DNA from: Azolla caroliniana
Lineage: Eukaryota; Plantae; Polypodiophyta
Assembly: GCA_043228905.1 (NCBI GenBank)
Contig: JBHGNT010000520.1
Span: 1-21,778, forward strand
Reading direction: 5' to 3'
DNA: 21,778 nucleotides
In this document: in pieces, positions 1 through 10,252 of the stretch
Position numbering within the stretch: position 1 is the stretch's first letter
Layout of the letters: the number at the start of each line of letters is the position of its first letter
Made by a program: the position numbers and the translations under genes
The notes under the pieces: generated by a model
What the model saw: only the letters and a program-made list of their open reading frames with translations
What the model was told of the DNA's origin: nothing
The model's database searches: none

Positions 1-2599
1 AATTGTCCGTTGAAATGTTGCCGACGCTGTCTTTAGCCCGAACATCATGACGACTGCCACATATACTCCCCAGTTCGTGACAAATGTCGTCTTCTCTTGG
101 TCCTCGGGATGCATGCGTACCTGGTTATAGCTACTGAAGCCATCTAAAAAGCTGTACATCTCATGGCCTGCAACGGCGTCCAGTACGCTATCGGTGAAGG
201 GTAAGGGAAATGCGCCTGTAATGGTGATGACATTTAATTTTCGGTAATCTATGCATACCCGTATTTTGCCGTTTTTCTTTGGAACGACCACTATCGGGCT
301 TAACCATGTCGCTTGTTTAACTAGTCGTATGAACCCCGCCTTCAGGAGCTTGTCAATTTCTTCTTTCACGCGGGTTGCGTAGTTTGGGTTCATGCGGTAG
401 CGACGCTGGTGGACGGGTTTCGCGTCGGTTGCTAAATTGATCTTATGCTGATAGAACTTGGGATCTAACCCCTTCATGTCCTCGTGAGCCCAAGCGAACA
501 CATCCTTATATTCCGTGAGTAGTGCGATTATCGTTTTACGCTGGTCCGACTGTAATTCCTTTGCGATGGAAAGGAAACGAGGCTCCGATTCCGTACCCAT
601 ATTTACTTCTTTGAGGGCGGAAGTGGTGACTCATCGAGAAATCTCCATTTCCCTTTCAAAGGCCGCCCGTACTCTGCTGAGTTCCAATATGGACTCTGGG
701 TTTGGTTCGTAAGGCTCATCGTGGAGAATAGTGGCCGTGGCATATTCTGCCGCGGTTGCGATGACGTCTATTTCAAACAGTGGAATAATCCGAGGGTGCT
801 CGTCGAGGTATGCGTCCAATTTTGCATCCTCCACCCCAACCAACATATTTATATCTTCTGCGTATAATAGTGCTATACCCTTCGGTTGTGGCGTGCTTCC
901 TTCCGTAGGTACGCGAACCTTGGTGCGTCCGTGTCGGAAACTAATACACTTGTGTTGCCAACTCTGCTTGATATTTGCTGCCCGAAGCCATGGTCTGCCC
1001 AGAAGCACTGGGTACGCCCTTGGGGCATCCAAGGCGAGGACGACCGCCGAGATGTCGAATCGGTGTCCGCCCACGATAATGCCGATTTTGCGAATTAACC
1101 CTAATGGTTGTATTGAGCGGGTATCCACCATTCGGAGCCAGAATGGGCAAGCCTCCCATTCTGAAATGCCTAACTACTCGCAAGTTTTCGCGCTAATTAC
1201 ATTGACGCCTGAGCTGCCGTCAATTACACATCCAGGAATTTCTTGTCCGTGTAATATTAATGTAATAGCCGAGTTGTGCTGATCCACTACGAACGGTCCA
1301 CTGTTGACGTCTGTAAGGTTTGTAGCGATACTCACCTCGGGTATGCCTGTCACCCGTTCTTCCATGGTCTGGCGGAAGCGTGGGACTAGCTGCAGCAGTT
1401 TCTCCATGGTTAACGTTATCTCACAGCCCGCTAACGCCTGCCAAATGGGGTCTGGGACCGGTCTTTCATCCTTTGCTCACTCCATTGTGTTCGCGGACTC
1501 CTGCCGCATACGTTCCGTATTTGTTGCGTTTGCTTTCTCCACCCACGTTTGGGCTTGTCGGCGTACCTCGTCTTGTGCAGCCCAATCAACCGTTTTTGTT
1601 TGCTGGCGTGTCGTGACTTGCTGCACCTCCGTCGTAATCGTATTGACAACGGGCCCCTTTCCCTTGCGTGCTGGGCATTGCGTGGCATAATGTCCGGGTT
1701 GCTGACAAATAAAACAATGGATGCTTGGTTCACCCTTCTCGGCTCCTGGTGGTGTGTGCCGCTCCCCTGGTGCTACTTGCTCCTCGCGGTCCGGCCTCGT
1801 TTGTCGGAACGTACGCGGTGGCTGTTGTTGGTCCCGTCGTTGTTCCTGGTGCCGCTCATCCCCCGAGCTTTCGTCGTAACTCCGGTGATCTCGATATTGT
1901 CGTGGCTTACCACGATAACCATTGAAGCTGCCCCATTTGTTTGTCGGCCGTTGATTCTCGTAGCGTCGACCCCCTTTGGCATAACTATGATGTCCACGAT
2001 AATCCTTGTCCTTTGGGTCGTCCTCCTCGGAATCATTGTGATTTTGGCTATTCTGGTGGTACCGGTCCTCCCGTGGGTTGCGATCCTTATACCGGGGTCG
2101 GTCTTCTAGCCTCCTTTGCTCAGCCCGGTGTGGTTGACGATGTGTGTCCATGCTGCGGACTACGGGAGTGGCTCTGTTTAACATATTGTACTCGCATTGG
2201 TCGACTGTGTGAGCCTTCGAGTGGCAGATTGGGCAGTGGATTCACATATTCCAGTCCACTACGGAAAGCCCCGAGTTCAAGCAAATCGTGCACTGGATTG
2301 CTTGACAAAACTGGTGTTCCTCATCCTGAGGTAACGCTTGTCATAAGGAGGACATAGAAAACCTTTCCTCCTCATCATCCAACTCGAGCTGTAACGCTCG
2401 TTCAATTACCATATCCGCCGTTTCCCCTTTCACGCTATTGTTGTTGAGCGTTGCTCGGATGGGCTGGCGTAAAGCTGCCAGAAATGTTTCCTGAGCCCCG
2501 TCTTCTGCGGGGCTCCGTTCCAGTTTTCGTCGTAAATTTTGGAAGCGTAAGCTGAAGTCCGCTATCGTCTCTGTCGGCAGTTGCTTAATTGTATAAAAC
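1..2599 (-). pseudogene. B gag-pol, downstream part (Gag C-terminus, protease, RT N-terminal half)
   Basis: One reading frame with in-frame stops at 2341-43, 2242-44, 1477-79, 1174-76 and 631-33. Motifs: CPICHSKAHTVDQC, CFICQQPGHYATQC, protease VIDGSSGVNVI and LLGRPWL, RT DVFAW, WLSPIVVVPKKNGKIRVCIDYRKLN, YSFLDGFSSYNQ, MFGLKTASATFQR. Confidence 0.93.
2595..2599 (+). repeat. Target-site duplication AAAAC of element A (left copy)
   Basis: Identical AAAAC at 9650-9654, directly flanking the two LTRs. Confidence 0.95.
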
Positions 2600-3064
2600 T
2601 GTTACGGGCATGACCATATAATATCCCGTGGTGAGAATTGTCGTAGTATTCTATACACGTGGATAAGTGTGAGGGTTAAACAAAGAGTCTAAAGAAGGGG
2701 AGGATTACTTTTAATCCTCGGGATTGAGACAACCCATGAGGCCAAGTGTGAACATGGCTGGGGGCCTTGAGAATTACTATAAATAAGAGGCCTAGCTACC
2801 CTCATTTGGGCATGCATTGACTACGTCGAGACTCTGTCCGTGAGTGGAACGACTCTTGTAGCAAGCGCGCTATCGTCCAGGTACGACTCGACGCCAAGGC
2901 GGTGGTATGGGACGCCGATCGAGGCTCGAGTCCGTCTCAATCCCTTCGCTCGGGGGTGGTCGGGTGGATCGGCACCCTTCTTTCTCTCTTTTCTCTCTAT
3001 TCTTTCTAGATCTATCATTGATATATCCTTATTTTATGCTTACTTTAGTACCTAATCTCTAATA
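2600..3064 (+). repeat. 5' LTR of element A
   Basis: TGTTACGGGC…CTCTAATA. Matches 9185-9649 except 2939 A/G and 2946 T/C. Confidence 0.96.
2778..2785 (+). promoter_or_regulatory. Putative TATA box of the A LTR
   Basis: cTATAAATA in the expected U3 position; conserved in the 3' LTR and in the E LTR. Confidence 0.7.
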
Positions 3065-3066
3065 TT

Positions 3067-3079
3067 TGGTATCAGAGCC
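3067..3079 (+). other. Primer binding site (tRNA-iMet) of A
   Basis: TGGTATCAGAGCC, 2 nt after the LTR end. Confidence 0.95.
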
Positions 3080-3325
3080 TATGTACTAACGTTTCTTTTG
3101 GTTTTCTTTTTGTCTTCGCGTGGGATGGCGATTGATCGTTGTGCGGTCGCCTTCATGCAGACAAGGATTAGCGAAAGAACTTCGGTAAATTTTCCTTAAT
3201 TTTTTATCTAATTTTTCTTCTCCCTTCTGTACATGTGTATACTTAATATGTAGTTTTTTTTTCATATATTCAATGATGTTGACGTGGTATTTAATTGGTT
3301 ATCTTAAACGTTTACATATGTCCAC

Positions 3326-3567
3326 GAGGTCAATACCTCGTTTGACATATAAATCATATGTGATGAGTGTCGTATGCGTACGAGGTTACTACCTCAATTG
3401 CGTATTACGTTCACGAACATATGTTACGTTCGCGTATGAGGTCAATACCTCGATTCGTTCGAAATGATATGCGTTGGATTTACTATGCGTAAGAGGTCAA
3501 TACCTCAATTGCGAATTACGCTTAACCTTATTTTCGGATGTTTCGTGTGCGTAGAGGTATATGCCTC
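3326..3567 (+). repeat. Array of five 14-bp stem-loop repeats (GAGGT-N4-RCCTC), period 55-61 bp
   Basis: Copies start at 3326, 3382, 3438, 3493 and 3554. Confidence 0.85.
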
Positions 3568-4763
3568 GATTACGTATCCCGAATACATCATTGTTGGCTA
3601 TATAAAAAAAAACGATTCATTTAGTATACGCATATGTGGTCACTTATATACGTCTCTGATCGTATATATGTGATATATTGACATATGTGTATATTTTAGA
3701 TTACGTGATTCATATCAAATGTTTTCCTAATTGGGGAGAGGATTTTGGTGGCCGTCCTCACATTTTTGTGAGAATGGCGTTGTCACCATCCCTTTTATCA
3801 ACAATTTTTATTGTTGAAATTCCCGTTGGTCACTTTGATCTTTCGTTACGTAACGAACCTCGTATAGCCAAAATGATGTTGAATACGTCGGGCTTGATCC
3901 ACATCAAGTAGGGTCGCTCTAATGACACATGTATCCAACATCTCCCCTCGTTACATGGATACGATGCCACCATGAGCTCGTTCTTACGAGCGCCATTCGT
4001 AATGACGTGACCATGTGATGGGCCACATGAGCCTACGAAGACACAAGGGCTCATTCGGCTTGACCATTAGGTTACACTTTGGCATATGCCATTGTACTTA
4101 CGAGGCTTGAGGGTAGGTAGCGTACAACCATAGTGGGTAATAAATGAGGGAGAAATAAGGCCACTTGACCTATATGTTTCTTTTAAAAAAAACATATAGG
4201 GGCAAATGCCTCGCATATCTCGAATACGCCTCAAACATTAAACATTCAAGACGCGCAATCTACTTGGTTGGCTCAAGTGTTTAATGTATTTGTCCTCGAG
4301 GTCTCGAGTTCAAATATGACCAACACCATACAACATCGTTGATACATATGACTATAATACATGTTTAGACTTTAGGTCTAAGTGCACTTCGGGGTCCTCG
4401 TAATAGGACTTAAAGAGCCGAAACCACATATGTGGGCACAGAAACATAGTTATTGTTAACATTTTTTTCGTGTATAAACTATTCATGACGCGAACATACA
4501 TGGTTGAGCCTCGGGGAGCCGCCATGAAAAAAATCGATATAGAGATCAGGGAAAGGCATTCATTTGTCACCCCCATGGTTTTTAAAACACCTCTGTGTTA
4601 CCATAGTAACCTGATCTTGAACCTCATCTCATACGTCTAGAGGGGTATTGACGTGAGATCATGATATCGATTAATGTTTGCCCATGATATGTTTACACCA
4701 CGACAAGATGTTATGACTATTTGTCTGACCTTATCTTATTTCTTTGCGAGAAATAATCATTCA

Positions 4764-7700
4764 ATGGCTCAGAATAACGACCCGATGCCCTCCGCTCAAG
4801 CGGAAAGACCTCAAGGAAATCCTCCTGGGACAATGTCCATTGAGGCGTATATTTTACAAGTACAACATTTCCTTAGTTCAACCGCGCAGCAGTTGACCGA
4901 ATTTCTGCAATCTCAAAGTGCTCTCGAGGCACGAGTCATTAGTCTCCAAAATGAGATTAATAGACCTGATGAGCGTCAGGGTGAACCATCATTTGTCGTA
5001 AAGCCATTTACGGGAGATAAAAAGGAAAGAACCGAAGAAGCAATCTGCACGTGGCTGGGCCGATGGGAGTCTCATTTTGAGCTCTATCCCACGCCAGATA
5101 GTACGAAGATTGCATATGTCGGCCGAGAACTAGGGGGTAAGGCCGCCGCTTGGTGGCGTGGGCTCCGAACTTTGGGGAGATTGCCCGAGACCTGGACAGA
5201 CTTTGTCACAGTTTTCAAGGGTCAATTTCTACAACCTCCCTCTCGAACCGAGGCAGCACAAGCTTTAATGAACCTCTCTAGCAGGAAGTTTTCCTCGCTA
5301 GAAGACTATGTCCACCATGCTAGGACCCAAATCCAAAAATCGGGTCTAGAAGGGGACAATTGGTTAATAGCTTGTTTTGTCAATGGCATCCCCAATTCGG
5401 ACTATCACTGGATAGTGCACGATAAGGATCCAAAATCCTTCGAAGAGGCCGTTGAGATAGTTCTTCGCTATCAACGCACTTCGAAGAAGGACCATAACAA
5501 ACCCAACGAAGCGCCCGGGACTAAGCAGTCGCAATTCGTTGGGAAACGCAAGACACCCAACGAATTCATGGATCGCGATTATAAGCGACAACATCCTTTT
5601 TGCGTATTCTGCAAAAAGAAGGGTCATACAAAAGAGCAATGTCGTAAGCTCCAACGAAAAGAGCACGACGCCAAACCTAAAGCTACAGACCATAAAGGTC
5701 AGATTCCTAATGTCCTTCAGGTCTATACACATCATTTGAGTAATTGTCAATGTTCTTTCCCTCATTATGTATTGGGTCCCAATGATTTACTACGTGCAAA
5801 CGGGTATATCAATGGATCTCCCGTACAATTTTTATTTGATTCGGGAAGCTCACACAATTTTGTGAATGATCGTTTGGTACAGATATGGGGAATCCAACCC
5901 ACCGTAAGTGATCACACCTACACGGTGCACTTGGTTGATGGAAGAGTACAACACATCAACGGGGCGATTCATTCTTTAGGAATTTCTATTGATACCTATA
6001 TAGAGGAAGTAGACTTCCATGTAATGAATCTTAGTACCACCGATGTAATACTGGGTTATCCCTGGTTTTATAATAAAAGCTCTTCTTTATTTATTGATTG
6101 GGTTCGCCATTCCATTTCTTTTGTACTCAACGATTGTACGCATTTTATTCAATGTGTAACAAAACAATCCCTCTCGATTGTTTCCTCGTGTCCATCAATA
6201 TCCGAGTTGTCTTGTTCTACGTTATTTTATTGTGTACTTGATCCGGACATTCACGTTTACAATATCGATAATGTCTCGGGTCAATTAACATATTTTGAAC
6301 AAAAACAACTTGATGAAATCGTAAACGATTTTCGTGATGTTTTTCCGAGTGAACTACCCGATGGTTTACCTCCTAAACGTAATATAGACCATCGTATAGA
6401 TATTGTACCTGGCATTGCACCCATTAGTATACCTCCGTATCGCCTAAGTCGATCTGAAGAGGATGAGGTAGCTAAGCAACTTAAGGACTATTTACGAATG
6501 GGTTATATACGTTATAGTAAATCTCCATGGGGTGCACCAGTTCTCTTGGTTAAAAAGAAAGAGGGCACATGGCGTATGTGTATTAATTACCGACGCTTGA
6601 ATAAAGTGACGATCAAGAATTCGTACCCATTGTCCCGGGCTGACGATCTAATTGACCGTCTCTAGGGAGCTCGGTATTTTACGAAACTTGATCTCCGTAC
6701 TGGCTACCATCAAATACGAATAAGTGAGGACGATGTTCCTAAAACAGCATTTCGTACGCGCTACGGCCATTATGAGTTTTTGGTTATGCCTTTTGGTTTG
6801 ACCAATGCTCCGGGCTACATTTCAACAAGAAATGAATGACATTTTCCGAGAACAACTTGGAAAATTTGTCGTTATCTTCTTAGATGATATTTTAGTTTAT
6901 AGTCGTACATTACAAGAACATGCTAGACATGTCCGCTTTGTTTTACAAATATTGCGTGACAAACAATTTTACGCGAAGATCTCAAAATGTGAGTTCTTCA
7001 AGAAATCAATTACTTATCTTGGACATCTCATAACCGAACGAGGAGTTGAAATTGATCCTTCTCGCATCGAGAAAATCAAGCTTTGGCCCACTCTTCGGAA
7101 TATTCGAGAAGTTCGATCATTCCTTGGTTTTGTCGGATTTTTGCGAAAATCTCTTCGTAATTACTCACAATTGACGACGCCGTTTACTGATCTTCTAAAA
7201 GGTCAAACGCGTAAGTCTACAAAACCTATTGTGTGGAATGCTACACTAGACCTCGCCTTTAAGGAACTCAAGGACTTGGTATGCAAGGCTCCTTCACTTC
7301 TTTTACCCGATCCTTCAAAACCTTTTGAGGTTGAAACCGACGCAAGCGATTATGCTATAGGTGCTGTCTTGTATCAAGATGGTAAACCAATAGCATTCGA
7401 GAGTAAGAAACTTGATTCTGCTCAATGTCGGTATACCGTTCAAGAAAAGGAATTATTTGCGGTTATACATGCGCTCAAAACATGGCGCCATTATCTTTAT
7501 GGAAATCGCTTTGTGGTAACTACGGACCACGAGTCCTTGAAATATTTTTGTGACCAACAAGACCTGAAAGGTCTTAAGGCACGATGGGCTGATCTCATCC
7601 AGGACTTTGATTTTTCCATACGATATCGTAAAGGTTCCATGAATACTGTCGCTGATGCAGTAAGTCACATCCGTGAAGTTAACATGCTTAGCTTCACTGA

Positions 7701-9198
7701 AATAACATCAGATCTTTATGATCACCTTCGAGGAAAGTATCCTGATGACAATTATTTTGCAAAATACTGGGCAAGAGTCGAGTCTGGAACAGACACCACC
7801 ACACCCTCGAAGGAATACTTCCACATTGCTAACGGTCTGCTCTACCGTAATGGGAAGGTTTGTGTTCCAGATTTACCTGAGGTCAAAAAGAGAATTCTTT
7901 TTGAATGCCATGATGCACCCTCAGCAGGGCACCCTGGAATACATCGTACACTCGTTCTCATCTCCACTCAATTTTATTGGCCTAAGATGCGTCTTGACAT
8001 ACATAGCTATGTGACTAAATGTCACCAATGTCAGGTTAACAAAGCCGAGCGACTTAAAGCCGCAGGACTTTTACATCCCTTGGACATTCCCAATAATAAG
8101 TGGGAAAGTATATCCATGGATTTTATTGTTAGCCTTCCTCGCACCCAAAAAGGTCATGATGCCATATGGGTTGTGGTTGACAGACTAACTAAAATGGCCA
8201 GATTTATTGCTACTAAAACCACGGTAACAGCTCCTGAATTGGCTTACCAATTCGTTGATGAGTTATTTCGTTTTTACGGGTTACCGATGGATATCGTGAG
8301 TGACCGAGATCCGAAGTTTACTAGTGACTTCTGGACGCAAGTCTTTAAGAAGTTAGAAACTACGTTGAGCATGAGCTCCACGGATCATCCTCAATCCGAT
8401 GGACAGACAGAACGAGTAAATCAAATTATTGAGGACATGCTTCGAGCATACGTTGGTGCAAAACCAACAAAATGGGAACGTTACCTCCCAATTTTGGAGT
8501 TTGCTTATAACAGCTCCAAGCATACGTCGACGGGATATAGTCCTTTTATGTTGATGTATGGATTTCAGCCACGAGCCCCGATTGATGTTAATATACATCA
8601 TGATGAGTTGCGAAGTACGCAAAACTTTCTTCGGGATATGCAAGATATGTTGCATATTGCACGGGATAATATAAAAACAGCTCAAGATAGAGCGCGTTTT
8701 TATGCCGATCATCACAGGCAACCTCGTGTATTCAGCCCTGGACAGAAGGTATTTTTACGTGTACCTCACAATTCTAAGACATTGTCTACGGGTAAGTGCG
8801 CTAAGTTAGCCCCACGGTTTTGTGGACCTTTTACAGTCCTCAAACGCATTGGATCATCAGCCTATCGTCTCGCTCTTCCCGATGGTGTTGGAATCCATCC
8901 AGTCTTTCATGTAAGTCGTCTAAAAGAACTTCTAGGTTCTGGCGACAATACAGTTACAACTGAAACTCTGGTTACTTCTGAAGATTTATCTTCTAAACCA
9001 CATGTACCAGAAAGAATTCTCGATGTTAAAACAAAAAAATTACGTGCTAAGGAAATCCGAGAATTTAAAATAAAATGGATGGATAAATCAATCAAAGATG
9101 CCACATGGGAACGCGAAACGACTCTAAGAACTAACTTCCCTAACTTTCCATTGAAAGAGTGCAATGTTTTAAAGAGGGGGAGTATGTTACGGGCATGA
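4764..9198 (+). pseudogene. A gag-pol polyprotein with a premature stop (6663-6665) and a +1 frameshift (G run 6812-6814)
   Basis: Gag with [14 protein letters not shown]; protease FDSGSSHNF; [25 protein letters not shown]; RNase H TDASDYAIGAVL; integrase HHCC, MDF, SDRD, QTERVN, GPF; chromodomain PERILD…IKW…ATWE. The start at MAQNN is chosen by comparison with E; an upstream in-frame ATG exists at 4674. Confidence 0.93.
9171..9182 (+). other. Polypurine tract of A
   Basis: AAAGAGGGGGAG, 2 nt before the 3' LTR. Confidence 0.9.
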
Positions 9199-9649
9199 CC
9201 ATATAATATCCCGTGGTGAGAATTGTCGTAGTATTCTATACACGTGGATAAGTGTGAGGGTTAAACAAAGAGTCTAAAGAAGGGGAGGATTACTTTTAAT
9301 CCTCGGGATTGAGACAACCCATGAGGCCAAGTGTGAACATGGCTGGGGGCCTTGAGAATTACTATAAATAAGAGGCCTAGCTACCCTCATTTGGGCATGC
9401 ATTGACTACGTCGAGACTCTGTCCGTGAGTGGAACGACTCTTGTAGCAAGCGCGCTATCGTCCAGGTACGACTCGACGCCAAGGCGGTGGTATGGGACGC
9501 CGATCGAGGCTCGAGTCCGTCTCGATCCCTCCGCTCGGGGGTGGTCGGGTGGATCGGCACCCTTCTTTCTCTCTTTTCTCTCTATTCTTTCTAGATCTAT
9601 CATTGATATATCCTTATTTTATGCTTACTTTAGTACCTAATCTCTAATA
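9185..9649 (+). repeat. 3' LTR of element A
   Basis: 465-bp direct repeat of 2600-3064. Confidence 0.96.
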
Positions 9650-9654
9650 AAAAC
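9650..9654 (+). repeat. Target-site duplication AAAAC of element A (right copy)
   Basis: Matches 2595-2599. Confidence 0.95.
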
Positions 9655-10198
9655 TGTCCGAGGATTTCACGTTGTGGAACCCTCCGATGGAAGAATCGCA
9701 AGAACGCGGATTGCAGCTGATCGAAGGTTGTTATTGCTGGTAAATCCATCTATGAAGGCCAAAACGCGGCTCACCCATCTAATGTTAACCCGAACTCCGA
9801 AAGGCTCTGCGCCATGTGGTTCACATTCCAGACATTTTCGACTAGTGTGCTACCGCCTCCGAAAGGCCCTGCGCCATGTGGTTCGCATTCCAGACATTGA
9901 GGAACATGCAAATGTGTGTTGCGGCGTTGGTTTCACCGTTAAAGCGGGGGTAGGCAAAGGCCATGGTGGGGGCTATGACGGGTCGGGAAAGGCCACCAGG
10001 TGACTGTGGTGAGCGTAGTTCCCACATCTCGTCGGGGTATTTGGAGAGCGAAGAATCACCTTTATACTCACAACAGGTAGTACTGAGGTCGCTGAGGCGC
10101 GGCTTCTGCCGTGCGCGTTCTTCTGCCTGGTGTGTGACGGACCTTGTTATTAGCCGGTCTTGTCGTGTTGGGTCTCTGGGGCGTCTGCGGCTAAACAT
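9650..10198 (-). pseudogene. B gag, N-terminal part
   Basis: Gag-like YPRFNGETNAATHI..FLNVWNANH and EFGLTLDG*AAFW…TFDQLQSAFLRFF, with stops and a frameshifting insertion near 9800-9830. The start codon is uncertain. Confidence 0.8.
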
Positions 10199-10234
10199 CC
10201 ATTCGTTGTTGCTCGTATGTGAGAAAACATAGAT

Positions 10235-10248
10235 CATCAAGTGTGCCA
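10235..10248 (-). other. Probable degenerate PBS of B (possibly tRNA-Arg type)
   Basis: Minus strand TGGCACACTTGATG, 4 nt after the LTR-terminal CA. It differs from the recalled Arg-type PBS TGGCACGCCCGGTG only by transitions. Confidence 0.55.
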
Positions 10249-10252
10249 AAAG

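Larger units (their letters stand above)
2600..9649 (+). mobile_element. Element A: full-length chromovirus-type Ty3/gypsy LTR retrotransposon (7050 bp)
   Basis: Two 465-bp LTRs, 5-bp TSD, iMet PBS, PPT, and gag-PR-RT-RH-INT-chromodomain order. Confidence 0.97.

Noticed and set aside
1549-2109. Hydrophobic 186-aa plus-strand ORF resembling a membrane or env-like protein
   Set aside because: It is the antisense shadow of the R/D/Q-rich Gag linker; complements of charged-residue codons give hydrophobic residues.
2821-3055. Short ORFs duplicated at 2821-3055 and 9406-9640
   Set aside because: They are duplicated only because they lie in the LTRs, have no recognisable domain, and are not preserved intact in the E LTR.
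3326-3567. CRISPR array (palindromic repeats with regular spacers)
   Set aside because: The repeats are only 14 bp, spacers are partly homologous to each other and shared with E, there are no cas genes, and the context is a eukaryotic retrotransposon leader.
4269-4328. Second tRNA-like A/B-box pattern in the A leader (TGGCTCAAGTG…GAGGTCTCGAGTTCAAAT…CACCA)
   Set aside because: The T-stem does not pair, the B box lacks its final C, and the A box is not conserved in E.
6663-6814. Programmed readthrough or frameshift between gag and pol
   Set aside because: Both lesions fall inside conserved RT motifs rather than at the gag/pol boundary, and no slippery heptamer is evident.
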